The notes under the pieces: model-generated | Seen by the model: the letters and a program-made list of their open reading frames with translations, nothing else | The model's database searches: none | Told to the model about the DNA's origin: nothing | In this document: in pieces, positions 27,242 to 36,710 of the stretch | Layout of the letters: the number at the start of each line of letters is the position of its first letter | Position numbering within the stretch: position 1 is the first letter of the stretch | Program-made: the position numbers and the translations under genes | Assembly: GCA_041738755.1 (NCBI GenBank) | Contig: JBGSPE010000003.1 | Span: forward strand, 62,602 to 126,601 | Source: Minisyncoccia bacterium | GTDB lineage: Bacteria; Patescibacteriota; Minisyncoccia; Phycocordibacterales; UBA918 | DNA: 64,000 nucleotides | Direction: 5' to 3'

Positions 27242-27364
27242 CAAAGGCGATAAAATGATTTAGATGCTAGGCACAAAAACAAAAATCGCGTGAGGTGTAC
27301 TAGACGTACATTGAACGCGATTTTTGTTTTTTAACGACGCAGATGAATTATTTTTTCGCCTTTG
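27242..27364. repeat. structured palindromic element, copy 2
   Basis: Outer imperfect inverted repeat CAAAGGCGATAAAATGATTT/GAATTATTTTTTCGCCTTTG. Internal TAGGC...GAGG-TGTAC-loop-GTACA-TTGA...AACGAC. Confidence 0.7.
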
Positions 27365-27602
27365 CCTGTCGAGCTTTGAACCGTTCTACTCTACCTGCAG
27401 TATCCATCACCTTCTCCTGTCCAGTATAAAACGGGTGTGAAGCACTGGTTACATCTACTTGTGCCAAGGGGTATTCTTGACCATCAGTCCACTTGTCAGT
27501 AGCTTTTGTAGCAATTGTTGAACCAACCAATACACGCTCCCCGCTGGTGTTATCGTGGAAAATGACTGGTCGGTAGTTCTTTGGGTGAATATCAGCTTTC
27601 AT
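27348..27602 (-). CDS. rpmE: 50S ribosomal protein L31 (Cys-free type B)
   Basis: MKADIHP.NY...SASHPFYTG...DTAGRVERF. Confidence 0.95.
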   Translation of the reverse strand: MKADIHPKNYRPVIFHDNTSGERVLVGSTIATKATDKWTDGQEYPLAQVDVTSASHPFYTGQEKVMDTAGRVERFKARQAKAKK

Positions 27603-27644
27603 ATATGACGAACACTATAGCAGATAGTAGCCTTTTGGCAATAC

Positions 27645-29009
27645 TTATTGGCCAAGAATCTGAATTTCTCCCGCTAAGCGAGATTTTCGATTCATAACCT
27701 GGTCACCATAGAAGGCATTGGCAGGATTTGAAGCTCCACCCCAGCCTGAGTAGTACCGTAATGCGGCGAGCCTATCTCCAGCGTAGGTACCATCGGCCCC
27801 GTTGTCTCGCATCAAAAGAGCGGTCGCGATAAAGGCGTCCTGATTGTTAAATGGATTTGAAGGACCACTTCCACCATTAATTCTTCGAATTGCATCACTC
27901 GCTTGGTTATAGACAAATCCTCCAGCCCCATTGCTGACAATTCCACCATAGATAGCCCAGGTTGAAGGAATGAACTGTGATGGCCCCATGGCTCCACCCC
28001 AGCCATGTCGAACGCCATTTTGGTAGATTGGACAAGAAACGGTTCGAGTAAATGGATCAAAGCCAAGGATATTTGCAATTGCCATGAAGACTGGTTCATC
28101 ACGTGTTGGGTGCATAACTGGTCGATCGCTTTTGTTGTCAGTAAAGAGACAGCCTCCAAGGTTTGAACCGAGGTTACTTTCTTGTTCAAGGATGGCTAGA
28201 ATAAGTGCGGTATCAACGCCAGTTACCTGATTGGCATACTTAGCCAGTCGTACCGCTTCTGGGAACGGAATACTCCCTCCACCTCCGAGGAGTTGGAAGA
28301 GTGCATTTCGAAGCTGAGCAGCTGTTCGCTGCTGTGATTCGAGTAGTTCTTGGTAGACTGACTCCTCACCCTTTGTCACAGTCAAAATCTCTTCTTTTTG
28401 CTGTTCCTTTACCTCTATCCGTTCCTTTTCAAGTTCTTGAATCAGTCGCATCTCTGCTTCTGTTTGTTGCTTGACCTCAAGCTCACCTCGCTCATTAATA
28501 GTATCTCGTTTGATACCATGCAAAATTTCCAGTGAATCATTTAATGACTCTTTGAGATTTTGATAGGTTGCTACATCAGTAAAAAACTCCGAGAAACTCT
28601 CTTTACTTAACATCACCTCAACCAAACTAAAATCATCAATAGTGGCCGACTTGCGTACCAAGTCTGCTAATGATTGCTGTTGCTTCATCGACTTCTCTTC
28701 TAAGATTGAAAGGACCACTCCCTTTTCACCAATCTGATCTGAGAGTTGTTCAATCGCTACTGAACGGGCTTGAATACCGAGCTGTGCTTGCTTAATCTCA
28801 CCTTCAATAATTGCCATGTCTCGTTCGAGTGAGCGGCGTTCCGTCCGCTTCCCCTCTACAAGTTTTTCTTGGGCTTGAATTTGTCGTTCAACATTTGAGA
28901 GTTCTGCTTGCAAACGCGCTCGACGCTCCGCTTCTGTTTCAGCGAATGCCTGCAGTGGCCCGAGCAATAAACTGACACTAAGAAATATCGTAAGGAATGT
29001 CCTAAACAT
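27645..29009 (-). CDS. secreted coiled-coil protein with C-terminal lytic transglycosylase domain
   Basis: Signal peptide, PcsB-like coiled coil (LSKESFSEF), AILEQESNLG, GAMGPSQFIPSTW, NPFN..DA. Confidence 0.88.
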   Translation of the reverse strand: MFRTFLTIFLSVSLLLGPLQAFAETEAERRARLQAELSNVERQIQAQEKLVEGKRTERRSLERDMAIIEGEIKQAQLGIQARSVAIEQLSDQIGEKGVVLSILEEKSMKQQQSLADLVRKSATIDDFSLVEVMLSKESFSEFFTDVATYQNLKESLNDSLEILHGIKRDTINERGELEVKQQTEAEMRLIQELEKERIEVKEQQKEEILTVTKGEESVYQELLESQQRTAAQLRNALFQLLGGGGSIPFPEAVRLAKYANQVTGVDTALILAILEQESNLGSNLGGCLFTDNKSDRPVMHPTRDEPVFMAIANILGFDPFTRTVSCPIYQNGVRHGWGGAMGPSQFIPSTWAIYGGIVSNGAGGFVYNQASDAIRRINGGSGPSNPFNNQDAFIATALLMRDNGADGTYAGDRLAALRYYSGWGGASNPANAFYGDQVMNRKSRLAGEIQILGQ

Positions 29010-29113
29010 GGTTATAAGTATACCAAAAAATAACGAACCAGATAGTCACCCTTACCCACATCTACCGGCGCCTGCTCTAAAATGATGTATAGCTGATGTT
29101 ATACTCAGAACAT

Positions 29114-30121
29114 ATGTCAAACCAATATGATTTTGTAGCCATCGGCGATATTTTAATCGACGCTTTTATTGAACTAAATAAAGACCAAGCTGATGTATCA
29201 ATTGACCTCGATTCGGGACGAAAAACCCTCCATATGCCATTTGGCGGTAAAATCCCCTACAACGATGTCGTTGTCTTACCAGCTGTCGGAAATTCTCCGA
29301 ACGCCGCTGTGTCCGCTCACCGGCTAGGGCTTGAAACCGCCCTCGTGACGAATATTGGCCATGATAAATTTGGAAAGGAGTGTCTTGATGCGCTTCGCCA
29401 GGAAGGTATTCATACTGACTTTGTAAAGATTCATGAGGGTAAAAAGACCAACTACCACTACGTACTTCGCTATGGTGCGGAACGAACAATTTTGATTAAT
29501 CACGAAACCTACCCATACGCACTCCCTGATTTCCCTGTCCCACCTCGATACATCTACTTCTCTTCAGTTGGTGAACATGGTATCGCCTTCCATCACGAAA
29601 TTGCTCAGTATGTCATCGAACACCCTGAGACAAAGCTCGTATTCCAACCAGGAACCTTCCAAATTAAGCTCGGCGCAGTTGAACTCAAAGATGTCTACAG
29701 CAATACCGAAATCTTCTTCTGTAACAAAGAAGAAGCGCAGGAAATCTTAAATACCACCGAACAACATCTCCCGACGCTCCTACGCGGTATTCGTGCGCTT
29801 GGTCCAAAAATCCCTGTTATTACTGATGGTCCAGCGGGAGCCTATGTTATTGATGGCGATGATCAAGCATGGCATATGCCAATGTACCCAGATCCGAGCG
29901 AACCAGTTGACCGAACTGGTGCGGGTGATTCATTTGCCTCAACCTTCACGGCCGCTATCGCGCTCGGCAAAAGTCCGGAAGAAGCACTGTCGTGGGGACC
30001 GGTTAACTCGATGTCAGTGGTACAAAAAATTGGCGCTCAAGCTGGACTCCTTACTATGGAAGAACTCCAAAGTTACCTAGATAACCGACCAGCCGACTAC
30101 GTACCAACCAAAATTAATTAG
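29114..30121 (+). CDS. PfkB family carbohydrate kinase
   Basis: GNSPNAAV...LG, IG.DKFG, NKEEA, ITDGPAGA, VDRTGAGDSF. ATG 29114 follows a -10 box. Confidence 0.92.
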   Translation: MSNQYDFVAIGDILIDAFIELNKDQADVSIDLDSGRKTLHMPFGGKIPYNDVVVLPAVGNSPNAAVSAHRLGLETALVTNIGHDKFGKECLDALRQEGIHTDFVKIHEGKKTNYHYVLRYGAERTILINHETYPYALPDFPVPPRYIYFSSVGEHGIAFHHEIAQYVIEHPETKLVFQPGTFQIKLGAVELKDVYSNTEIFFCNKEEAQEILNTTEQHLPTLLRGIRALGPKIPVITDGPAGAYVIDGDDQAWHMPMYPDPSEPVDRTGAGDSFASTFTAAIALGKSPEEALSWGPVNSMSVVQKIGAQAGLLTMEELQSYLDNRPADYVPTKIN

Positions 30122-30132
30122 TCTCTAATTAC

Positions 30133-30167
30133 AAAAAAGCCGAGGACCGTTGGTCCTCGGCTTTTTT
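30133..30167. terminator. bidirectional terminator
   Basis: A6-GCCGAGGACC-GTT-GGTCCTCGGC-T6. Confidence 0.85.
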
Positions 30168-30183
30168 AATATCTCTACTTCTC

Positions 30184-31170
30184 TTATTCCAAAGCCTTCG
30201 TCGCAGCAGCAATAATCGCTGGCACATCCATACCATAGTGCGCTACCAATTCATCAGGCTCACCTGACTGTCCAAACACATCATCAATTCCCACTCGAAC
30301 AATTTTCGTTGGTCTGACTTCACTTAGAAATTCTGCTACCGCACTACCCAATCCCCCTATCTTTTGGTGCTCTTCAACGGTAACTAAGGCATCGTGTCCC
30401 TCCGCTAAGGCACGAACGGCTTCAGTATCAAGTGGCTTAATCGTTGCCAAGTGAAGCACCGTCGCTCCAATTCCTTGGGTTTCAAGTTCTTTGGCTGCCA
30501 TCAGCGCATTAAAGAGGAGTGAACCTGTAACCACAATCCCGACAGAAGTAGCGTGCGAGGCATTTTTGGTATACATGATTTCGCCTTTACCAATTTCAAA
30601 CGGTGACGCAGCTGTGGTAACAACCGGTGTATCGCTTCGTCCCAACCGGAAGTACACTGGCCCGTCATACTTCGCTGCAGCCAAGGCTACTTTCCTTGCT
30701 TCATGAATATCAGCTGGTGCAATGACCACCATATTTGGCATCGCGCGCATAATTGCAATATCTTCAGTCATTTGGTGTGTGGCGCCATCTGGTCCAACGG
30801 AAATACCGGCGTGAGCACCGACGATTTTTACATTGCTATTATTGTACGCAATAGTCGTACGAATCTGTTCCCAGTTACGGCCTGGTGAGAAGGTTGCATA
30901 GGACGCAATAAATGGAATCTTCCCCATTGCTGCCATCCCAGAAGCCACTGACGCTAGGTTCTGCTCTGCCACACCGACTTGCACAAATCGCTTTGGAAAG
31001 GCTTTTGCAAACGCATCTGTTTTGGTTGATTCTGTAAGGTCACAACAAAGAGCAACGACCCGCTCATCACGAGTACCAGCTTCGAGAAGTCCTTCACCAT
31101 AGCCAACTCGATTGGCTTTTCGTTCAACTCCTTCTGGAGTAAGGTTTGGTTGTAAATGACTGGCGAACAT
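30184..31170 (-). CDS. tkt: transketolase C-terminal subunit
   Basis: GVAEQN, GPDGATHQ..ED, GPVYFRLGR, TIKPLD, TVEEH..GGLG. Confidence 0.92.
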   Translation of the reverse strand: MFASHLQPNLTPEGVERKANRVGYGEGLLEAGTRDERVVALCCDLTESTKTDAFAKAFPKRFVQVGVAEQNLASVASGMAAMGKIPFIASYATFSPGRNWEQIRTTIAYNNSNVKIVGAHAGISVGPDGATHQMTEDIAIMRAMPNMVVIAPADIHEARKVALAAAKYDGPVYFRLGRSDTPVVTTAASPFEIGKGEIMYTKNASHATSVGIVVTGSLLFNALMAAKELETQGIGATVLHLATIKPLDTEAVRALAEGHDALVTVEEHQKIGGLGSAVAEFLSEVRPTKIVRVGIDDVFGQSGEPDELVAHYGMDVPAIIAAATKALE

Positions 31171-31190
31171 ATAATGACTGGGAAATATAA

Positions 31191-32087
31191 TTATGAAATA
31201 TCTTGAGCTTGAATCGTTCCGGCAAGCGTACGGAGTTTTTCAAGAGCAACAGCTGCTTGCTGACCTTTGGCTACTCGGTCCTCCGGCCCCTTCCCTGGTG
31301 GATTACCGTGCCACCTGAAATCTCGTTCAAACACATCGACTCCTTTTGAGGCAATCGTGTGCGCAATAATAAGTGATGGCTGACTATATACGGCCTGGGC
31401 TTTTCCGATAGCATCATTTAAGGCGCGCATACTATGTCCATCAACTTCTTGTACATCGAAGTTAAAGGCGGCAAACTTTTCTGCCAGTGGTTCAAGGGGC
31501 ATAACATCTTTTGTGTAGCCATCAATCTGAATACCATTTCGGTCAACAATTACAATCAAATTATGTAATTGTTCCTTACCTGCCAAAAGAGCGGCTTCCC
31601 AGATTTGTCCTTCGTTCAATTCCCCATCACCGGTAAGACAATAGAAGTACTTTGATGAGTAGGGGTTGTCCATTCGCTCGGCCAAAGCCATACCAATCGC
31701 TTGTGAGAGACCTGACCCCAGCGGTCCTGAACTTGTTTCAATTCCAGGTAGTACCTCTTTGTGTGGGTGACCCTGCAAACGACTACCAAACTTCCGAAGG
31801 GTTAACAATTCATCAACCGAGAAGTATCCTGCGTGAGCCAAAGTAGCGTAGAGCACGGGGCAGATGTGGCCGTTTGAAAGTACAAGTCTGTCACGCTCTT
31901 CCCACTCAGGATTCTTTGGGTCATGTTTTAAAATTGCAAAATAAAGGAGCGTAAAGATATCCGCCATTCCTAAGGGGCCTGCAGTGTGACCACTACCAGC
32001 TTCAGAAAGCATTTCAATAATACTTTGGCGGATAGTATTAGCGGTGAGTTCCAGTGTGCGAACTTCAGTTGAGGTAAGGTACTTCAT
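31191..32087 (-). CDS. tkt: transketolase N-terminal subunit
   Basis: SGH, DRLVLSNGH, SRLQGHP, and TPP motif GDGELNEGQIWEA...N. Confidence 0.92.
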   Translation of the reverse strand: MKYLTSTEVRTLELTANTIRQSIIEMLSEAGSGHTAGPLGMADIFTLLYFAILKHDPKNPEWEERDRLVLSNGHICPVLYATLAHAGYFSVDELLTLRKFGSRLQGHPHKEVLPGIETSSGPLGSGLSQAIGMALAERMDNPYSSKYFYCLTGDGELNEGQIWEAALLAGKEQLHNLIVIVDRNGIQIDGYTKDVMPLEPLAEKFAAFNFDVQEVDGHSMRALNDAIGKAQAVYSQPSLIIAHTIASKGVDVFERDFRWHGNPPGKGPEDRVAKGQQAAVALEKLRTLAGTIQAQDIS

Positions 32088-32131
32088 ATAATGCTAGTAG
32101 TATAGCAACTCACGTACGCTGTTGCTGTGAC

Positions 32132-32788
32132 TTATTCACCGACCAGTGCCTTCAGTGCTTCATAGGCAGCGCGTGGATCAGCCTGCTTCACAATCGCCGA
32201 GCCAGCAATAAATCTATCAGCTCCTGCTTTTTTTAATGATTGAATCGTGTCAGCATTTACCCCTCCGTCGACCGTAATAGAATAGTTAGGAAACCGTTGT
32301 CGCAGTAAGGCGACTTTTTCGATTGTTTTTGTATCGAATACTTGTCCTTGGGCACCAATCGTTTCTACTCCCATCACTTGAATATAGTCTGCCTCCTCTA
32401 CGTATGGCAAGAACGTTTCAAGCGGGGTATCACCATGGAAGGCAACACCAATTGAGACTGTCGTATGTTCTTTGAAGCGCTTAAAAGCCTCAAGTGAAAG
32501 TGACTCAACGTGAAAAACCAACATATCAGCCCCTGCCTTTACCCAGGCGTTTGCAGCAGCTATCGGGTTCGCTACCATCAAATCAATCTCCAGAGTGTAA
32601 CGGTCAGTGTGTGGTTTAACCGCTACCGGTTCACCAAGAGGGTTGTATGGCCACGAAACAGTTGGGACAAATACACCGTCGACGACATCAATCTGTAACT
32701 CACGAGCAAAGAGAAGTGCTCCTGTTGCGGACACTACCTCGGCTTCTGTAGTCGGTATGAGAGCAGGAACAATCGAAATGTACGTCAT
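32132..32788 (-). CDS. rpe: ribulose-phosphate 3-epimerase
   Basis: QIDVVDGVFVP, DLMV, FHVE, MGV..GAQGQ, VDGGVN, AGSAI. Confidence 0.88.
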   Translation of the reverse strand: MTYISIVPALIPTTEAEVVSATGALLFARELQIDVVDGVFVPTVSWPYNPLGEPVAVKPHTDRYTLEIDLMVANPIAAANAWVKAGADMLVFHVESLSLEAFKRFKEHTTVSIGVAFHGDTPLETFLPYVEEADYIQVMGVETIGAQGQVFDTKTIEKVALLRQRFPNYSITVDGGVNADTIQSLKKAGADRFIAGSAIVKQADPRAAYEALKALVGE

Positions 32789-32793
32789 AATAA

Positions 32794-33264
32794 TTATTTA
32801 GATACTTGTTCAGCTTTTTTGATTCTCCGCTGGTACTTTGTCTCAGGTGAAGCGGGTGTTGTAAGCCACTCAAGGATGACTTCTTTGGCTTCTTTTTGCG
32901 AGACAAAGCGAGACCCAATAGAAAGTATATTGGCATCATTATGTTCACGACTAAGCCTCACAATGTCTTTATTGCCACCATAGTATACGGTGGCTCGGAC
33001 GTTCTGAAATCGATTTGCGAGCATTGCTTCACCTTGACCTGAACCACCGAAAATAACTGCTTTTGTCGTAGCTGGTTGTGTGCTCACCGCTTTGGCTGCC
33101 AAGCTAATGTAATCTGGATAATCATCTTCAGGAGCAAGCGTCGTTGCTCCATGATCAACCACTTCGTACCCTTCAAGTAATAACCATAGCTTCACACTAT
33201 TTTTCAACTCAAAACCAGCATGATCAGTAGCCAAGTGAATCGTACATGAGGTTGAGTCGTTCAT
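32794..33264 (-). CDS. rpiB: ribose-5-phosphate isomerase B
   Basis: ATDHAGFELK, DDYPD, GGSGQGE...ANR, REHNDANIL. Confidence 0.92.
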   Translation of the reverse strand: MNDSTSCTIHLATDHAGFELKNSVKLWLLLEGYEVVDHGATTLAPEDDYPDYISLAAKAVSTQPATTKAVIFGGSGQGEAMLANRFQNVRATVYYGGNKDIVRLSREHNDANILSIGSRFVSQKEAKEVILEWLTTPASPETKYQRRIKKAEQVSK

Positions 33265-33266
33265 TG

Positions 33267-34283
33267 TTAGGTAGTCATCCGCGCCACAGCTGCCACGTGT
33301 TCGACCAATGTTTGTGTGTAGCTTGTCTCGTTGTCGTACCAGGCAAACACCTTTACGAGGTTGCCATCAACCACTCGAGTAAATGAGAGGTCGGCAATAG
33401 AGCCTACTTTTGAACCAATAATATCTGACGATACCAACGGTTCGCTCGTAGCCGTAAAAATATGCTTCCATCGATCTTCCCCGGCCGCTTTCGTGAGTGC
33501 CGCATTTACTTCTTCAACAGTAGTATTACGAGAAGCGATGAATGTTACATCAACGATTGATCCAACTGGTACTGGTACCCGCAAGGCAATTCCATCGAAC
33601 TTACCGGCAAGTTCAGGATGAGCTTTGGTCGTCGCCTTGGCAGCACCGGTTGATGAAGGAATAATATTAAGAGCTGCCGCCCTGCCATCACGAAACTCTT
33701 TTTTGCTTGGACCGTCAACCAATGCTTGAGAAGCGGTGTAGGCATGCACCGTACTTAAAATGGCTTTTTCAATTCCAATGGCTTCTTTTAAGATAGCAAC
33801 CAGTGGACTTGTGGCGTTTGTGGTGCACGAAGCGTTAGATGAAATCTGACAGGTCTTTAGTGCTCCTTCATTGACTCCCATCAATACCGTCGCTCCAATT
33901 CCCATTTCGTCTCCACTCGCCGGAGCTGAAATAACTACTCGTTTTGCTCCCGCAGTAAGGTGCTTTTTTGAAGCCTCATACGAAGTAAAGAAACCTGTTG
34001 ATTCAACCACCACGTCGATATTCATACTTCCCCACGGCAACTGCTCTGGTTCACGTTGCTGGACAAATTCAATCCGCTTACCGTCGACGACGAGTGCGTT
34101 ACCATCAACCGTTACGGTAAATGGACTTCGTCCATAGGCAGAGTCGTACGTCAAAAGGTACGCGAGATTATCGATACTACCAAGATCATTCACTGCCACG
34201 ATTTCAATATCGGGATGATTAAATGCCGATCGAAAAAACGTTCGACCGATTCTACCAAAACCATTGATTGCTACTCTTGCCAT
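33267..34283 (-). CDS. gap: type I glyceraldehyde-3-phosphate dehydrogenase
   Basis: INGFGRIGR, SNASCTTN, WYDNE. Confidence 0.97.
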   Translation of the reverse strand: MARVAINGFGRIGRTFFRSAFNHPDIEIVAVNDLGSIDNLAYLLTYDSAYGRSPFTVTVDGNALVVDGKRIEFVQQREPEQLPWGSMNIDVVVESTGFFTSYEASKKHLTAGAKRVVISAPASGDEMGIGATVLMGVNEGALKTCQISSNASCTTNATSPLVAILKEAIGIEKAILSTVHAYTASQALVDGPSKKEFRDGRAAALNIIPSSTGAAKATTKAHPELAGKFDGIALRVPVPVGSIVDVTFIASRNTTVEEVNAALTKAAGEDRWKHIFTATSEPLVSSDIIGSKVGSIADLSFTRVVDGNLVKVFAWYDNETSYTQTLVEHVAAVARMTT

Positions 34284-34353
34284 AATAAATAAAAATACTA
34301 ATTAACTTCCTCTACTATACAAGGAATAGAGCGTAAGTTCATTCTTGTTATCC

Positions 34354-35934
34354 TCACGTAAGAGTCTTTCGATACGAAACAAAGAGCAAGAACAAAAGTA
34401 AAAAGAGTAACGTGAGTGAGAGGAGTGGAATTTGATACGCTATGAAAAAATCTGGCCAAAATACCATCTGTTCTGAACTACGACTTGTGTAAAAATCAAT
34501 TATTTGCGAGCGAGTTCCCACCACGCGGGCCTCATAATCATAGATAGTAATCGTGAGACCTGAAGTGCCAGAAAGCATCAGTGGAGCAACCGTAGCTTCA
34601 TAGGCAGTATCGTCGTTATTTATTCGTAGAAGAAATGAGTATGATTTTCGATTGTCAGTTGGGTCAGTCAAGGTGGCGATAATAGTTTTAAGATTTTGAG
34701 CGATAGCAGATTTCGGGATTGAAACAAGAAATAGTTCTTCACTTTTTAGTGACAGTCCCTCACTACCAAATGAGTCAGTTCGGCTCCCCTGGGTAATAAA
34801 TATCTCTGATGGATCAGGCATTCTAAACTCTGGCAATAACCGTTCTGCTTCAGGTACTTCTATAACCGGAGGCGGAACGCCTATTAATCCACCTCCGCTT
34901 CCCTCCCCTCCATCACCAGTACTCTCGAAAGCGAAGACTTGTGCAATGGCTCCTGATGAAACGCGGCCAGATTGATCGACCACAAACGCTGTGTAGTAGA
35001 CAGGAGAATATTGTTCAAGAATGTTTCTATCAAGAAATGTCGTACCACTCCCCTGATAGATAACCGCTCCATCTTGTACATGAGTTGGATACCCCAAGTG
35101 GCTCCGGACAATGCGCACATATGAAAATCCCGCAAAGGTAGGTAGTTGCCAATTCAGCGCCACATCAGTGTTTTGTGCCACCGCACTAAACCGAACGACG
35201 TTCTCAGGAGCAAATAATGCTTCATTACCCAACGTCGTAAATTGCCCTCGCTCCAAAATAGAAGGGATACCTTGTGGTGAATACCCAATCACTTCATATT
35301 CATACACTGTCCCAGGCTCTAAGTCAGTGAGCGTAGTTTGATAGTCACGAAGGAACCGTTCGGTAGCAATGTACCCTAGCTCATATGAACCCGTTCTTCC
35401 CCACCGCACTTCAAAGCGAGCTGGCCTGGCAGTTTTAATAGCAAAACTCGTCGTCGAAAATCCTGATGAAATAACAAGTTCATCAAGTACCACTCTCGTG
35501 GCAGTACCACCGTTGCTTGTACTCGAAGCAACCACCGGGTCAGGTGGGGGCGGAGGCGTATCTGGTGTAGTGGTCGAAAGGGTCGATGACGTAGCCGAAT
35601 AATTCCCCGCAGCATCAAATGTTTGGACGTAATATTGATATGTCGTTGATGGGGAGAGGCCGGTATCAGAAAAATTCGTCTGCGTTGTGGTCGCAAACGG
35701 ATTATTGTCGCGATACAAAACGTAGCCAGCAACAGCAAAATTATCTATTGAGGCGGACCATACGACATCGATTTGCGTACTGGCAATCGGCGTAACTGAG
35801 AGTAAGGTGGGGGTCGTTGGCGCTTCGAGATCTTCACCACCAAATATCCTAATATTGAACTGCGAAGTATCTACCTGAGCCCAAGCCACGGAAACAAACA
35901 AGAACGTACTGAAGATAAGCGTAAGTACTTTCAT
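34354..35934 (-). CDS. Fn3-domain surface protein with C-terminal membrane anchor
   Basis: Signal peptide (AWA|Q), three Fn3-like domains (DTGLSPSTTYQY, LTDLEPGTVYEY), C-terminal TM and RK. Confidence 0.85.
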   Translation of the reverse strand: MKVLTLIFSTFLFVSVAWAQVDTSQFNIRIFGGEDLEAPTTPTLLSVTPIASTQIDVVWSASIDNFAVAGYVLYRDNNPFATTTQTNFSDTGLSPSTTYQYYVQTFDAAGNYSATSSTLSTTTPDTPPPPPDPVVASSTSNGGTATRVVLDELVISSGFSTTSFAIKTARPARFEVRWGRTGSYELGYIATERFLRDYQTTLTDLEPGTVYEYEVIGYSPQGIPSILERGQFTTLGNEALFAPENVVRFSAVAQNTDVALNWQLPTFAGFSYVRIVRSHLGYPTHVQDGAVIYQGSGTTFLDRNILEQYSPVYYTAFVVDQSGRVSSGAIAQVFAFESTGDGGEGSGGGLIGVPPPVIEVPEAERLLPEFRMPDPSEIFITQGSRTDSFGSEGLSLKSEELFLVSIPKSAIAQNLKTIIATLTDPTDNRKSYSFLLRINNDDTAYEATVAPLMLSGTSGLTITIYDYEARVVGTRSQIIDFYTSRSSEQMVFWPDFFIAYQIPLLSLTLLFLLLFLLFVSYRKTLT

Positions 35935-35942
35935 TCACTCTA

Positions 35943-36710
35943 TTATAACGGAAGTGCAGTCATGGTGCTGGTTGCTATGTAGAGACCGGAGGCTACTCCA
36001 GCATTCTGACCCACTCCCACACGAAACTTCACTGTAGTGGTGGAACCGTTGGGATGGTTAGGCTGACCTGAGCGAGCAATCAATATGTCATTAGTAGTTA
36101 ATGCTCTCCAGCACCGATCTGTAACATTTCCTGTACCAATATTACAGGCAATACCATTGTCTCTAAATGTTGAACCTGCATGGATTCCTTCGACTGTAAA
36201 TCCAAAAAATGCTTCCCCATCGCCTACCTCAAACAGGAAGTCTGGAGTTGTTGTTGCTGGATAATTTGCGATACTATCAGTTGGGCTATTCATAGCAGGG
36301 TCGTTCGGGGTCGTAATCGTCAAGCTGTAGCCGGACGGACTATCAGTTGTAACGACGACACTAGTTGATCCATTAGAGGTACCACCACTCAATCCGCCAA
36401 TATCAGGGCTAAGGAAGACCTCAGTCGCATCACTGATACTAATAAAGACCTCTTGCATCTGCTGATAGCCCGCTCGCAAGCTATACGTGGTACTGTCAGA
36501 TGGTCCGGTTGCCGATTCTCCAATCGTACTTTCAAGTGAAAAAGAGTCTGATTCAGAAAGCCCACCACCATTATTGATGCTATCGCTTTGAATTTGATAA
36601 TTGCTACTTGAGCGGACTTGCGCAAACCCCAGCTGAAGGCTGGTCAAAATGAGGGTGGTGCAAATCAAGGCGGTAAAAGAATCTTTGAGTAACAGAGAGA
36701 GCATAGTCAC
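35943..36710 (-). CDS. secreted WxL/pilin-like beta-sandwich protein with N-terminal SSNY module
   Basis: Signal peptide; paralogous to 37773-38486 (I.GL.GG, GY...I, ACN...CW, TT..FRV.V, Y.AT.T). Confidence 0.75.
   Translation of the reverse strand: MTMLSLLLKDSFTALICTTLILTSLQLGFAQVRSSSNYQIQSDSINNGGGLSESDSFSLESTIGESATGPSDSTTYSLRAGYQQMQEVFISISDATEVFLSPDIGGLSGGTSNGSTSVVVTTDSPSGYSLTITTPNDPAMNSPTDSIANYPATTTPDFLFEVGDGEAFFGFTVEGIHAGSTFRDNGIACNIGTGNVTDRCWRALTTNDILIARSGQPNHPNGSTTTVKFRVGVGQNAGVASGLYIATSTMTALPL

Noticed and set aside
30184-34283. Split transketolase and pentose-phosphate/gap block as a novelty
   Set aside because: Two-subunit transketolase and this gene grouping are well known; there is no frameshift evidence.
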